From Octopus vulgaris (Eukaryota), in the NCBI GenBank assembly GCA_951406725.2, contig OX597814.1, positions 119,908,001 through 119,972,000 of the forward strand: DNA of 64,000 bases, written 5' to 3'. The translations under genes were made by a program, and so were the position numbers. Positions 42,976 through 54,285 of this stretch are shown here, in pieces. Each line of letters starts with the position of its first letter. Within the stretch, counting starts at the first letter, position 1. The notes under the pieces are model-generated. The model made no database searches. It had not been told where the DNA came from and worked only from the letters and a program-made list of their open reading frames with translations.

Positions 42976-43413
42976 GGATCTTTTCGGTTTGAACGGCAGT
43001 TTTTTTAAAATAATTTCCACGTAACTAAACACTTTTAAACTTCGTATACTGGTAGCATGTTTTTATAAAACATCTTTTTTCTCTTGGCTTTATTGAGAAA
43101 ATTCTATTGTTTGCAAGATATTTGTTGTTTTTTTCTTCTTCAATTTCTGCAATTTCAACCAATCAATGACGTCTATTGAGGTGAAAACATTCTGTGCCGT
43201 ATGAATATGTCCCTCGTTTAAGAAACAGATTGAGTTTATTTACATTTCTGAAGAAAAAAAGATACCCTTTCCCTACCCCTAACTCTAAACTTAACCCTAA
43301 CCCTAACCCTAAAACAGATTGAAATGCAATAGATCGATACTAGGGTCATAATTATGGGTGACAATTTCATATGACACCGCTAGAAAAAACTGCCGTTCAA
43401 ACCGAAAAGATCC
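42976..43413. mobile_element. MITE with perfect 30-bp TIRs and internal (CCCTAA)n
   Basis: TIR GGATCTTTTCGGTTTGAACGGCAGTTTTTT at both ends; flanks caacatgc and caatatac (probable 8-bp TSD, 2 transitions). Confidence 0.92.
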
Positions 43414-43864
43414 CAATATACTTTTTTCCAGATAGGGAAAATATGATTGACAGTTGTTCAAAATATGATAAGTATTGAAACATCTGTATATAATACCCAT
43501 TAATTCTCTCTTTAAAGTAAATCACTTCAGTTTTGATTGAAACAAAACAACAGATTACTAATATTCATTTAGTGCATGTAGAATAGTTATTTAAACTGAT
43601 ATGGGTGGGTGATGTAAATTTAAAGACATTAAAATTACCTTTAACCCTAATCCCCGTAAAATACACTTTGACCAAATCTACAAACAGGTTAAGTTACCAA
43701 AACGTAGGTGTACATAATTTAATTTGCATTGTATTTGTCAACGTCGATTTGAAATCATACTGGAATCCATCGTTCACATTTATCATTCCAAAACCCTTCA
43801 AATATTATCAATAAAATACCCAAATTAAACAACATTCACAAACTCTATTATCGCGTGCCTATAT

Positions 43865-44000
43865 ATGAAATAGAAAGGGAGTCAAATATATTCATTGGTT
43901 GACCCCGATTAAATTTGAATTCACAACGTAAAGCTGAATGAAATGCCGCTAAACAATTCTCCCGGCCTGCTAACGGCTCTGTCGCCCTGTCGTCTTCACC
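43865..44000 (-). mobile_element. Degenerate SINE family B-like fragment
   Basis: aatttgaat.cac.acgtaaag..gaaatgccgctaa. Confidence 0.55.
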
Positions 44001-44675
44001 TATTTAATGATTAGATATATATTCTTATACCCAATTAGATTCTCAGATCAAATCCCGACTTAATTTGTTTCAGATTTCTATTGCGTCTCACATGAATAAA
44101 AAAGAAATTAGAAAGTAGATACTAAAAATCAATCGACTTTATTTTTTTTTTCTTTAGATATATTACTTTTAAGTAGAGTTTCTATTGACGTTTATTAGAG
44201 CTGTCAGTGAAATTACTTTTCAATACTGATTTGGAGGGTTGTGAACAAAACCTTACATCTATAACTATATCCTACACTTCATTTATCTCTTTTAAAAAAA
44301 GACATTTTATGTAATTGGACTTCCTAATATCTAAAAGGCGGGAAATTAGATTCTGTGTATCATGTTATTTTCATGTAGAATTTGAAATTATATAAAAGAA
44401 AATTGGAGTATATATTAGCGGAAACATTTTCTTTATACGACAATACACTTGGTAGATATTTGTGTAATGATTTTACATTATCATGGCCTGAAGACAGTGT
44501 AAGTAAAGACGGTTGAATTTCTATCAGTTGATTAAATAAATATTTCACTGGATCGAGAGTTTTACGTTTAAGTTTAACCCTGTTTATTTTACATCAGAGC
44601 TTAGAAAAGTAGGTATACTTCGGATATATATGCTTTTCAGATCTGTACCGCTTTGTTACATATCGCTGCCATATT

Positions 44676-44710
<35 letters not shown>

Positions 44711-44750
44711 AGTTGACAAAGAAATAAATGATTATCGTATAAACTTCATT

Positions 44751-44831
44751 AGCTTACTGCCGTTTCTGCTATAAGATGCAGTGAACTCAAACTTGAGTGA
44801 GTGAATAACAGATTATGGCTTCATCGGAGCT
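44751..44831 (-). ncRNA. Type I hammerhead motif (U4->C) next to (TA)n
   Basis: Minus strand: agct-CCGATGA-agc...gca-GAAA-cggcag-TA-agct. 4-bp stem I; stem III is one change from the palindrome ACTGCAGT. Confidence 0.65.
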
Positions 44832-44911
44832 TCGAATATGAAATAAAATATATTTCGGAAAGAATTGCATTAAGTATCGACATGTGTGTATGTGTGCGAG
44901 CGCGTTTGTAG

Positions 44912-44965
<54 letters not shown>

Positions 44966-45264
44966 GTTTGTGTGTGTCTGTGTGTCTGTGTGATTGTGTG
45001 TTTAAGGTATAGCCTTAACTCAGGTTTATTTCTTATAGATGTCCATTTAATAAAAATAAATACAGCAGTAGATGTTCCAGCCGTGAAAATTATGTATTCA
45101 TAGGGTTATATTAGAATACATTTAAAACGAATATTTGGAAATTATGACATACAAAGATGAGATGAGAAGGAATGTGGCTGCTGTTTCGAGAAGTTGGCTC
45201 ATACGATTTTTGCTCAAGATGTTTTGTACATAGGGGAAGAAATTTTTTTACTGTGCCATTTATA

Positions 45265-45932
45265 ATAATCTTTTTCTACAATAGGCACAAGGCATGACAT
45301 TTTAGGGAAAGGGACACTCAGCTACATCAATCCCGGAGCAATTTCCTCAACTCCGAGAGGATAAAAGGCAACGTCGACCCCCGTGGAATTTGAATGCTAA
45401 ACATGAACACCGATGAAATGCCGCTAATTACATAGTGTGGCGTGTTAACCATTTTGCCAGCACACCACCCCTGGGATTTTCACTACATTGGTTTGAAATT
45501 TTGTCACAACATTAGTAATTTAAGAAGATAGAGGGTAAGCGGATTACATCGATTCTGGTGCGCAGCTGATGCTTATTTTGTCGACCTCGAAAGGATGAAA
45601 TGTAATGTCAATCTCGTAAGAATTTGAACGTAAAAACTTACGAAAAGCCGCTAAGTATTTTGCTCGGCGTGCTAAGGAGTCTGCCAGCACGACTCCTTAT
45701 ACGCCATCCATATATTTGGTTTTAAATTTCGGCACAAAGCTAGCAGTTTTGAGAGAGATGCTAAATCAATCAAATCGATCTCAGTTCTCATCTGGACCTT
45801 ATTTTATCGCCGCTTACATGACGAAAGGTGAAGTCGACTCCGACGGCATTTGAACTCACAAAACGGGAAGTCGGATAAAATGACGCTAAGCATTTCCCCC
45901 GGTACCGTAACGGTTCAACCAGCTCACCACCC
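45265..45932 (-). mobile_element. Three head-to-tail diverged SINE family B-like units (~230 bp)
   Basis: Recurring ggcaca(a/g), tcgacc..gaaagg, gaatttgaa and gccgctaa blocks starting near 45280, 45500 and 45730. Confidence 0.75.
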
Positions 45933-46420
45933 ATATGCCATTCATAATATTTCCCAAAGCATTAACTTCTAAACGCATAATAAACATATAAGAAACACTA
46001 ATCTGAAATCATTTTGTCATGGTTTAAAACTTAGCTTTTCCTTCAACAGATACATTAATTAAATTTTTAAGAATGGCATTTTAAGTATAAATTACTAAAA
46101 ATGTTTTATTGTCGGACTTCGATGAAACGTATTTATATCATATATTCTTATTTTCTCTTCAACTTAAATCGATGCAATAATACATTTTATTATCAAACAT
46201 ATCTTTGATAACAAAGAAATGCTGAAAATATGAAATGCCGTATTTTCAAGGCAATTAGATAAAATTTATTTTAATTAGATATTTATCCTGAAATGATTAT
46301 TTAGTTTCCTTAGAAAATATGAACATATAATTTTAATGCAGTTACGGAATTTATGGAATTATAACTGAATTAACGCCAGATGAGAAATAAATTTAATACA
46401 CGTACTCATTCGTAAGCACA

Positions 46421-46456
<36 letters not shown>

Positions 46457-46765
46457 TATGCCTGTGGATGTCTCTGCATGTTTGTAACTGTGTGTGTACG
46501 CGTGTGTGTGTGTATTTGTGTGAGTGCGTGCGTGGTATGTAGCATTATAATTTGTAAAATTTGGGGCTATTTTAGCTGCAAGTTTTATGACATCGCAATT
46601 TGAATTTCAGAAAGGTTGCAATTTAAAGTGATATATGAATGAATCTTGAATAAAACAGTGTTTGGTTGGCAAAGAAAATGAATTTACAAGAATTTATGAG
46701 CAACGTGATACAAAAACAACACACGCTATCACATACAAACATAGAGGGTCTATCTCAGGCTCTCA

Positions 46766-46806
<41 letters not shown>

Positions 46807-47029
46807 ACAAACATTAATTAATATCAATAGAAATTTTTGCAAATAATAAAGATTTTTAACATAGACACATGAGAACAAATACTGGAAAAAAGTTCTGTAG
46901 TTTTAATTTAAAGCAATTCCGAATTTATGGGCCCGCACAGACCAAAATTTAATGTCATGTGTTCTGAACTTAGAAAATACAAACAAAAACGGAATTTAAA
47001 ATTAAATGTATCTATTTTGATAATATCAG

Positions 47030-47487
47030 TTTCAAAAGTTAGAATAGAGATAACGGTTTTTGAGGGGAGGGGAATGGTGATTACATAGACTCCAGTACTT
47101 GATTTGTAATTCTTTTATCGACTACAAACCTATGAAAGATCATAAAGTCGACCTCGGCAAAATTTGAGCTTAGAAAGTAAATACAGACGAAATAACAATT
47201 TGTTTACTACCCACAAAGGGCTAAACACAGAGAGGACAAACGATGACAGACAAACGGATTAAGTCGAGTATATCGACCCCCAGTTCGTAACTGGTACTTA
47301 TTTAATCGACCCCGAAAGGATGAAAGGCAAAGGATGAATTTGAACTCAAAACGTAACAACAGACGAAATACTGTCATGCATTTCGCCCGGCGTGCTAACG
47401 CTTCTTATAGCTCGCCGACTTAATACAGACGAAATAACATTAAGCATTTTGTCAGGTACGCTACCGATTCTACTAGCCCATTGCCTT
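47030..47487 (-). mobile_element. SINE B (47198-47421) nested in an older SINE B-like copy
   Basis: 18-bp TSD aatacagacgaaataaca at 47180-47197 and 47422-47439. Confidence 0.88.
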
Positions 47488-48073
47488 TTTTATATATCAT
47501 ATATATTCCTGGAAATATTAAATTTGTTTAACAATAGCCTGCTGTATGTATTAATTACTGATCAAATTCTAAAATATTACACATATAATTAAAACATGAT
47601 TTTTACTGGTGCCCATCGGTTCTCTATTAAAGTATTACAGTGAGAGTTAAACAAAACGAAATCCATAACCGATAATTATGTATTTATGCAGCATTTCTAA
47701 ACTGTACAACGTGTACAAAGCCAATATCCACCATGATATCAAATTTTCATAATATTGCTTTCGAGGTGAAATTGAAATCTATAATTCTCAGAAAAGCTTG
47801 GAGCAGAATAATATATGTTCCTCGCATGTGCCTCAGTTTACAGGTTTTAGTTAACGTAGCAATAATATTAGTGACAACAGACTTATTGTCAAAATATTAA
47901 ATGATGTTAAAGTTATACGCAACAGAAATACCTAAATAAAAACGGAATTCAAAATAAAGAGAAGAGATGCATCGAAACCGGTAATAATTTCTTTATATAA
48001 TATTTGTTCATGAAATTTCCTCTTAAATTATAAGGTCTTACACTTATTTCTGTGCTATTTCCACCTACATCCT

Positions 48074-48076
<3 letters not shown>

Positions 48077-48127
<51 letters not shown>

Positions 48128-48128
48128 T

Positions 48129-48166
<38 letters not shown>

Positions 48167-48179
48167 CATATATATATGT

Positions 48180-48232
<53 letters not shown>

Positions 48233-48236
48233 CATT

Positions 48237-48268
<32 letters not shown>

Positions 48269-48287
48269 TATATATATATATACATAT

Positions 48288-48367
<80 letters not shown>

Positions 48368-48411
48368 GTATATATACATATACATATACATATATATACA
48401 TATACATATAC

Positions 48412-48442
<31 letters not shown>

Positions 48443-48459
48443 CGTATATATATACATAC

Positions 48460-48518
<59 letters not shown>
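48077..48518. repeat. (TA)n/(TACATA)n microsatellite
   Basis: Seen directly. Confidence 0.95.
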
Positions 48519-48523
<5 letters not shown>

Positions 48524-48863
48524 AATAATGAAGGGTGAAATTAATTAATTTGGAATAATTATCAATTACACCAAGTAGTCTTCGGCATGTAAAAGCCTCA
48601 TTTGAGGAAAATTTAAGTAATACTAAGCAATAAAGGGTTTAGCAACTAGTTGCCTTACCACATACCGAATTTAGAAATAGCAGTCAAAGAGTTATAGCTA
48701 TTTCTTCTACTAAAAGGGAGATCTCACCTGTTTGTGTCTGCCTTCCAATTGCTGTTTTTACTGAGATCTCCTTTTAGTAGAAGAAATAGCTATAACTCTT
48801 TGACTGCTATTTCTAAATTCGGTATGTGGTAAGGCAACTAGTTGCTAAACCCTTTATTGCTTA

Positions 48864-48868
<5 letters not shown>
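48519..48868 (-). mobile_element. Truncated fold-back copy of the 595-nt element
   Basis: 48519-48726 is nearly identical to 31721-31929; 48727-48868 is an inverted copy of the element interior. Confidence 0.9.
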
Positions 48869-48922
<54 letters not shown>

Positions 48923-48924
<2 letters not shown>

Positions 48925-51064
48925 AATCCTTAAATCCTTAAAAATGTTTTAGCCCGAAGGCCGCGGCCATGCTGGGGCACCACCGCTGAATGAGCTATAC
49001 TAGTTTGTGAATCCACCTCTGATACGTGGCACTTGATCAACAAGGGAGTTCGATGCTGCTGCCCGCATCCGTGTCTCCTGTCGTGAGGTAGGTTCATCTG
49101 GGACTCCCAACAAGAAGAGATCCAGTTTAGTTTTAAAGAAACCCACATCCACACCATGTAAGTCTCTCAGGCATTTAGGGAGGATGTTAAAGAGCTGTGG
49201 TCCTCTGAAACCCAAGCTGTTGCAGTATCTGGACCTGTATTTTGATGGTGATGTTGGAATCCTTGGCACCACGCAGCGGCGCCCGTTCTGCGGTTGGAGT
49301 AACTTTGAATGCCAAAGTTTGGGACAAGACCCTCCAGGATTTTCCAGATGTATATCACTGCATATCTCTCCCGCCTCCGCTCCAGGGAGAAGAGGTTTAA
49401 TACCTTCAGTCTTTCCCAGTAGCTGACATTTTGCATTGAGACGATTTTCTTTGTGTAGCTTCTCTGAGTTGCTTCGAGTTCTGCTGTTTGTTTTATATTG
49501 TGTGGTGACCAAAGTTGGGAGCAGTAGTCCAAGCGGCTGAGGACAAATGTTTTCCATAGGACCATCAGTGTCTCCTTCTCTCTTGTTCTGAAAGTTCGGA
49601 GAATCCATCCAGCTAGCCGTCTGCATTTTATCACCAGATTAGCAATATGCATTTGGAAAGATGCATCATTGCTCATGACAATGCCCAGGTCACGCACTGA
49701 TTTTGACTCAGGGATTGCAATTCTTCCTGGGCCAGTGTATCCAGTCTTCACGTCATTTACCTTTGTGTGCCAGTAGCGCAGGACCTGGAACTTACCTGCA
49801 TTAAACTGCATGTTTTTGTCCTCAGCCCACCTGTATATTGTGTCCAGCTCATGTTGCAGATGCGCAATATTTTCAGGGTTTTGTATTGCGTGGGAGACTT
49901 TTGTGTCATCTGCATAGCTAGCAAGGGTGGTCATCGTAGCAACTGAAGGCATGTCTGAAAGGGCCACTATGAACATCAGTGGCCCCAAGACAGTGCCCTG
50001 TGGGACACCGCTTGTTATTTGCGTTTCCCTGGAGGTGGCTCCATTGCTCACAACTGCCTGTTTTCTGTCTTTTAGGAAGTTGTGCAGCCACTCTCCAAGT
50101 TTCCCGCCTATGCCGAGACCACGCAGTTTGTGACAGATCATACCATGGTCGACTTTATCAAAGGCTTTTGCAAAGTCAAGATATATTACATCCACATTTG
50201 AGCCATTTAGTAGCTGTTTCAACACCCAGTCATAGTGTTGCAGGAGCTGTGTTAAGCAGCCTCTACCTGGTCGAAATCCATGCTGGGTGTCAGACAGTAA
50301 GTCATTTTCTTCAAGGAACATGATTAGTTTCTTACGGACTATTCGTTCCATGACTTTGCTGATGTGTGAGGTCAGAGAGATAGGCCTATAATTTTTAGCA
50401 TATGCTCTGCTACCTCCCTTATGGATAGGGCATATTACCCCCTCTTTCAGTTTGACTGGGAGCTTACCACTTGCAAGAAAGCTCTGAAAAAGAAGCTGTA
50501 GCGGTTTTGCAAGGGCTCGTTTGCACGATTTGAGAAGGATCGCTGGGAATCCATCAGGTCCAGCAGCTGAGTTTGTGTCAATCTCATCAATGGCTAGTGT
50601 GATATCATCTTCTTCGATGTTGATGTACTCAATTTTTGTCTCTTTGGCCGCTGGTAAAGTGGCAAATAATTCTTCTGGGTTGTTTACTTGCCTGTGTCCT
50701 AGAGGTGTAGTGAACACACTTTGGAACTGTTCGTTCAGTATTTCACTTATCCTCGTGGGATTTCCTGTGAGAGAGCAATCTTTTTGGAAGAGAGGTCCTA
50801 TTCTCTAGTGCACTGTGGCTGTCTCTTTGGCAAACTTAAAGAAAGCTTTAGGGTTTGATTTTATATTTTCTATTACCCAAGCTTCTTTATCTGCTCTCTC
50901 CTTTTCATGGGACTGATGTAGACTTTTCTCAGTTTCCATTAGCATTCTTTCGAGCCGAGACTTTTGGTGTGCTTGCTCAGGCGGTTTGCAATCCTTGTCC
51001 GTCGTCTCATAAGAATCCTCCTTTCTCTAGGGATCCTGTTTTTGTTCTTGTGTGTGCTGGCCCT

Positions 51065-51066
<2 letters not shown>
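48923..51066 (-). mobile_element. 5'-truncated CR1-group LINE with intact 3'UTR and (AAGGATTT)n tail
   Basis: Contains the RT ORF; 3' tail taaatcct repeats at 48923-48940. Confidence 0.95.
49000..50717 (-). pseudogene. LINE ORF2 reverse transcriptase (frameshift near 49290; upstream stop and 5' truncation)
   Basis: NYRPISLTS, QHGFRPGR, YLDFAKAFDKV, GVPQGTVLGP, YADDTK, SLERRRERY; the C-terminus continues in the 49000-49626 frame. Confidence 0.92.
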
Positions 51067-51099
<33 letters not shown>

Positions 51100-51100
<1 letters not shown>

Positions 51101-51220
51101 CGCTCAAGAATAGAAAAAAGTATTTAACGATTCCAGCCTACGCTTTTCTACAGAAAGGGACACAGAAAAAACAAGGAGAGAAAAAATGTTTTTAGTGGCT
51201 AACGATCTATCATGGTGACT
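51100..51220 (-). mobile_element. Third copy of the 39055 short repeat; HHR decayed (51122-51157)
   Basis: Minus strand: gtcccttt-ctgtaga-aaagcgtaggctggaatcgttaaa. Confidence 0.7.
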
Positions 51221-51222
51221 GC

Positions 51223-51254
<32 letters not shown>

Positions 51255-51313
51255 TACGCACATACACACATACGCACACACACACATACGCACACACACA
51301 CACACATAAATAT

Positions 51314-51345
<32 letters not shown>

Positions 51346-51379
51346 GTTTGTATATATTTACATATATATGTATGTATGC

Positions 51380-51442
<63 letters not shown>

Positions 51443-51443
<1 letters not shown>

Positions 51444-52704
51444 TAGGTTGTCAAGAAAGTTCTTGCGGGTTTTCACTTTTAAATTCAGATGCACATATCT
51501 CGGCTCAATCAAAACTATATTAATCGAAATAAACATCATCAGAATCGACTCCCTTTTGCCAACACGAATCAAGTTTATTTATGCCAGTAGCGTAAAAATC
51601 CTGCATTCTGGTGGCGATGAATTTGTTGAAAGCGTGTTTGACATCGTCTTGGTGTTTTGAAGTATTTCTCACGCAGGAAGTTGTCGAGATTCTTGAAAAA
51701 AGTGGTAGTCGGTAGGCGAGAAGTCTGGTGAGTATGCCGGATGAGATAGAGTTTCGTAGCCCAATTCTTTCAACTTTTGCAGAGTCTGTTGTGCGAAGTA
51801 CGGCCGAGCGTTGTCGTGGAAAAGAATTGGGCCTTTTCTATTGACCAATGCTAGCTGTTGTTGTCTGTGTTTCTTATGCATTTCATCCACTTGCTGACAG
51901 TACTTCACCGTAATGGTTTTGCCTGGATCCAAAAATCTGTGCTGGATGAGAGCGGCCGCAGACAAGCATACATTCACCATGACCTCCTTTTGCTGCAACT
52001 TTGGCTTCGGAAAGTGCTGTGGAGCTTCGTCGGTGTCCAACCACTGAGCTGAGAGACACCGGTTGTCATAAACAATCTTTTCATCGCAAGTCACAATCCG
52101 GTCGAGAAACGTTGCGTAAAAGAAGGGAAGACGACATTTCAAAACAGAGTTTTTGTTTTCTCTTTTTGTTATCGTTCAATTCGTGTTGGCACCCATTTCT
52201 CAAGGATTTTTGTCTTTCCAATCTCTTTCAAGTGGTTGGAAATTGTCGTATGCGTAAGCACTGGAACAGTTGTGTGTGGACCGGCTTCGACTAAGGCTCT
52301 TAGTTGATCGTTGTCAAGATCCGTTGGCCAACCACTACGCTTTTCGTCTTCAAGTCTCTCGTCACCGCTACGAAATTTCTTGAACCACCATCGTACTGTA
52401 CGTTCATTAGTGGTTCCTGGGCCAAAAGCATTGTTGATATCGCGAGCTGTTTCAATAGTTTTCGGTCTAGCTTGAACTGGAATAAGAAAATTGTGCGAAT
52501 ATGCTTTTTTTCCATGTTATATTCAACGGTCCGAAAACAATGGTCTAATTATTAAAAAAGAAAAAGAGCAACACGATTAGATAGAACGAACAACGTGCTT
52601 TAAAAATGATATATAAAGTCAAAGTAATTTCACGAAAATTAATTCGAAAATACATCCTTTTAAACCAAAATTTTAAATTCCGCAAGAACGTTCTTGACAA
52701 CATA

Positions 52705-52705
<1 letters not shown>
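51443..52705 (-). mobile_element. Full-length mariner element (SETMAR/Hsmar1-like transposase, frameshifted)
   Basis: TIRs tta(g/t)gttgtcaagaa(a/c)gttcttgcgg with TA flanks; MEKKHIRTIFLFQFK, IVTCDEK, HDNARP, YSPDFSPTDYHFF. Confidence 0.95.
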
Positions 52706-52735
<30 letters not shown>

Positions 52736-52750
52736 GATATAGATATATAG

Positions 52751-52803
<53 letters not shown>

Positions 52804-54232
52804 ATAGTTTGCATACATATATATTTGTACTTGTTCACCTTGCACACAGGCACGTACGCTTACTTACAAACATACACCCACGCACAACCACGCACACACA
52901 CGCACACACACACACACACACGCACGAAGGCTTCCATATAAAAGTAACAGAGGTAATAGTTTATTGTATTATTTCACATCCTTTACTATGCTACAAATAC
53001 AGCTGAGAGGCGTGAAATTGAATGCAGCAACTATACGTAGGCTTTCAATATGTATACATACGCTGTCGCACAAAAAGTCACAGAAATTGGTTTATCTCCA
53101 TGAGATAAATAGGCACACTTTAGAAGAAGGAAAGAGGAAGACTCACGATTTAAACTAAAGTATTCATACAGGATGTAACTATCAAGACTCCTTGTGCTTC
53201 TTTAGGAATTTTGAAATCATCAGATTGTGAGTGAAATTATGGAATTCAAGATTATGTGTGTGTGTGTGTTTGTGTGTGTTTGTGTTTATGTGCGTGTTTG
53301 ATAGAAAGGGAGACAGACAGACAGATAGACAGACAGAGACAGTGGCTGAGAGAGAAAGACAAAGACAGAGGCCGAGAGAGACAGACAGAGACAGAGGCAG
53401 AGAGAGCGTGTGTATGTGTGTGGATATGTGTGTTATTGAATGGGGTTTAGTTGGTGAATAGACTGAATACCATATCGATACTGGTCAGCTTAAACTACTA
53501 TAAAGTGGGTGTGTGAGAGCAAGAGGAATATTATTAAAATAGTCAGTGTCCAGGTATACAAAAAGAGATAGAAATCATGGAAAAGAAAATACATAATACT
53601 GGGCGAACATGTCAAATAACATTGCAATGAGACAGTAGAATGTGGTAAAGTTGACGATGTGAGGAGAGTAAGGTGAACCGTCAGAGTTTACAATAAATAT
53701 TTGTGTAAAAACATGCCGCTCTACATAATGTACACTTAAATAAATGCACCTCTCCAGAGAAAACTTTCTGTGCGCTATTTCAAATGAATCTTTAAGCCAT
53801 TAATGTAGGTGATCATTCTGAAAGAGTGATGTGGATGTCTGTAGATGTTTACTACAAACAAGTGAAAAAGAAAGGAACACTACATTGAATTACTTAGGTA
53901 AGTATTTCTTACAGAATTTCATCAAATAGTGGAAAAACTGAATCATAAATTACCAAAAGCAAAATCGTCAGAATTACGTGGAAATACAATGAACGAAATA
54001 GCGAAAAATTATATAAATCTGATGCCAAATTAAACCGGGATTTCATTGATAAGTTGATAGCTCAATTCGACTCTACTACAAATCTAGAAGTTTTGGACTG
54101 CTGGTTCTAGCACTAATTTCCTCTTGTACTGACTGTGTATTTTTGTGTACACAACTGGTACGGAAATGATCCGATGAGTCATGAAACACGATTGTAGTGT
54201 CAATATAAAAATATCACACATCTAGGAATTTA

Positions 54233-54285
54233 TTGTTATTAACGCAGTATTTGTTCCTTGTTATTAACGCAGTATTTGTTCCTTG
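54233..54285. repeat. Perfect 25-bp tandem duplication
   Basis: ttgttattaacgcagtatttgttcc twice, plus ttg. Confidence 0.9.

Noticed and set aside
42350-42992. 139-aa and 159-aa overlapping ORFs
   Set aside because: They span a GC-rich SINE and its flank, with no recognisable domain.
43270-43312. Telomere or chromosome-fusion scar
   Set aside because: Only a few units, and they are enclosed within MITE TIRs.
45265-45932. CRISPR-like or regularly spaced array
   Set aside because: The units are diverged SINE copies in eukaryotic DNA, with no repeat-spacer structure or cas genes.
53803-53903. Possible small exon ending AG|GTAAGT
   Set aside because: Weak acceptor and stops in all frames.
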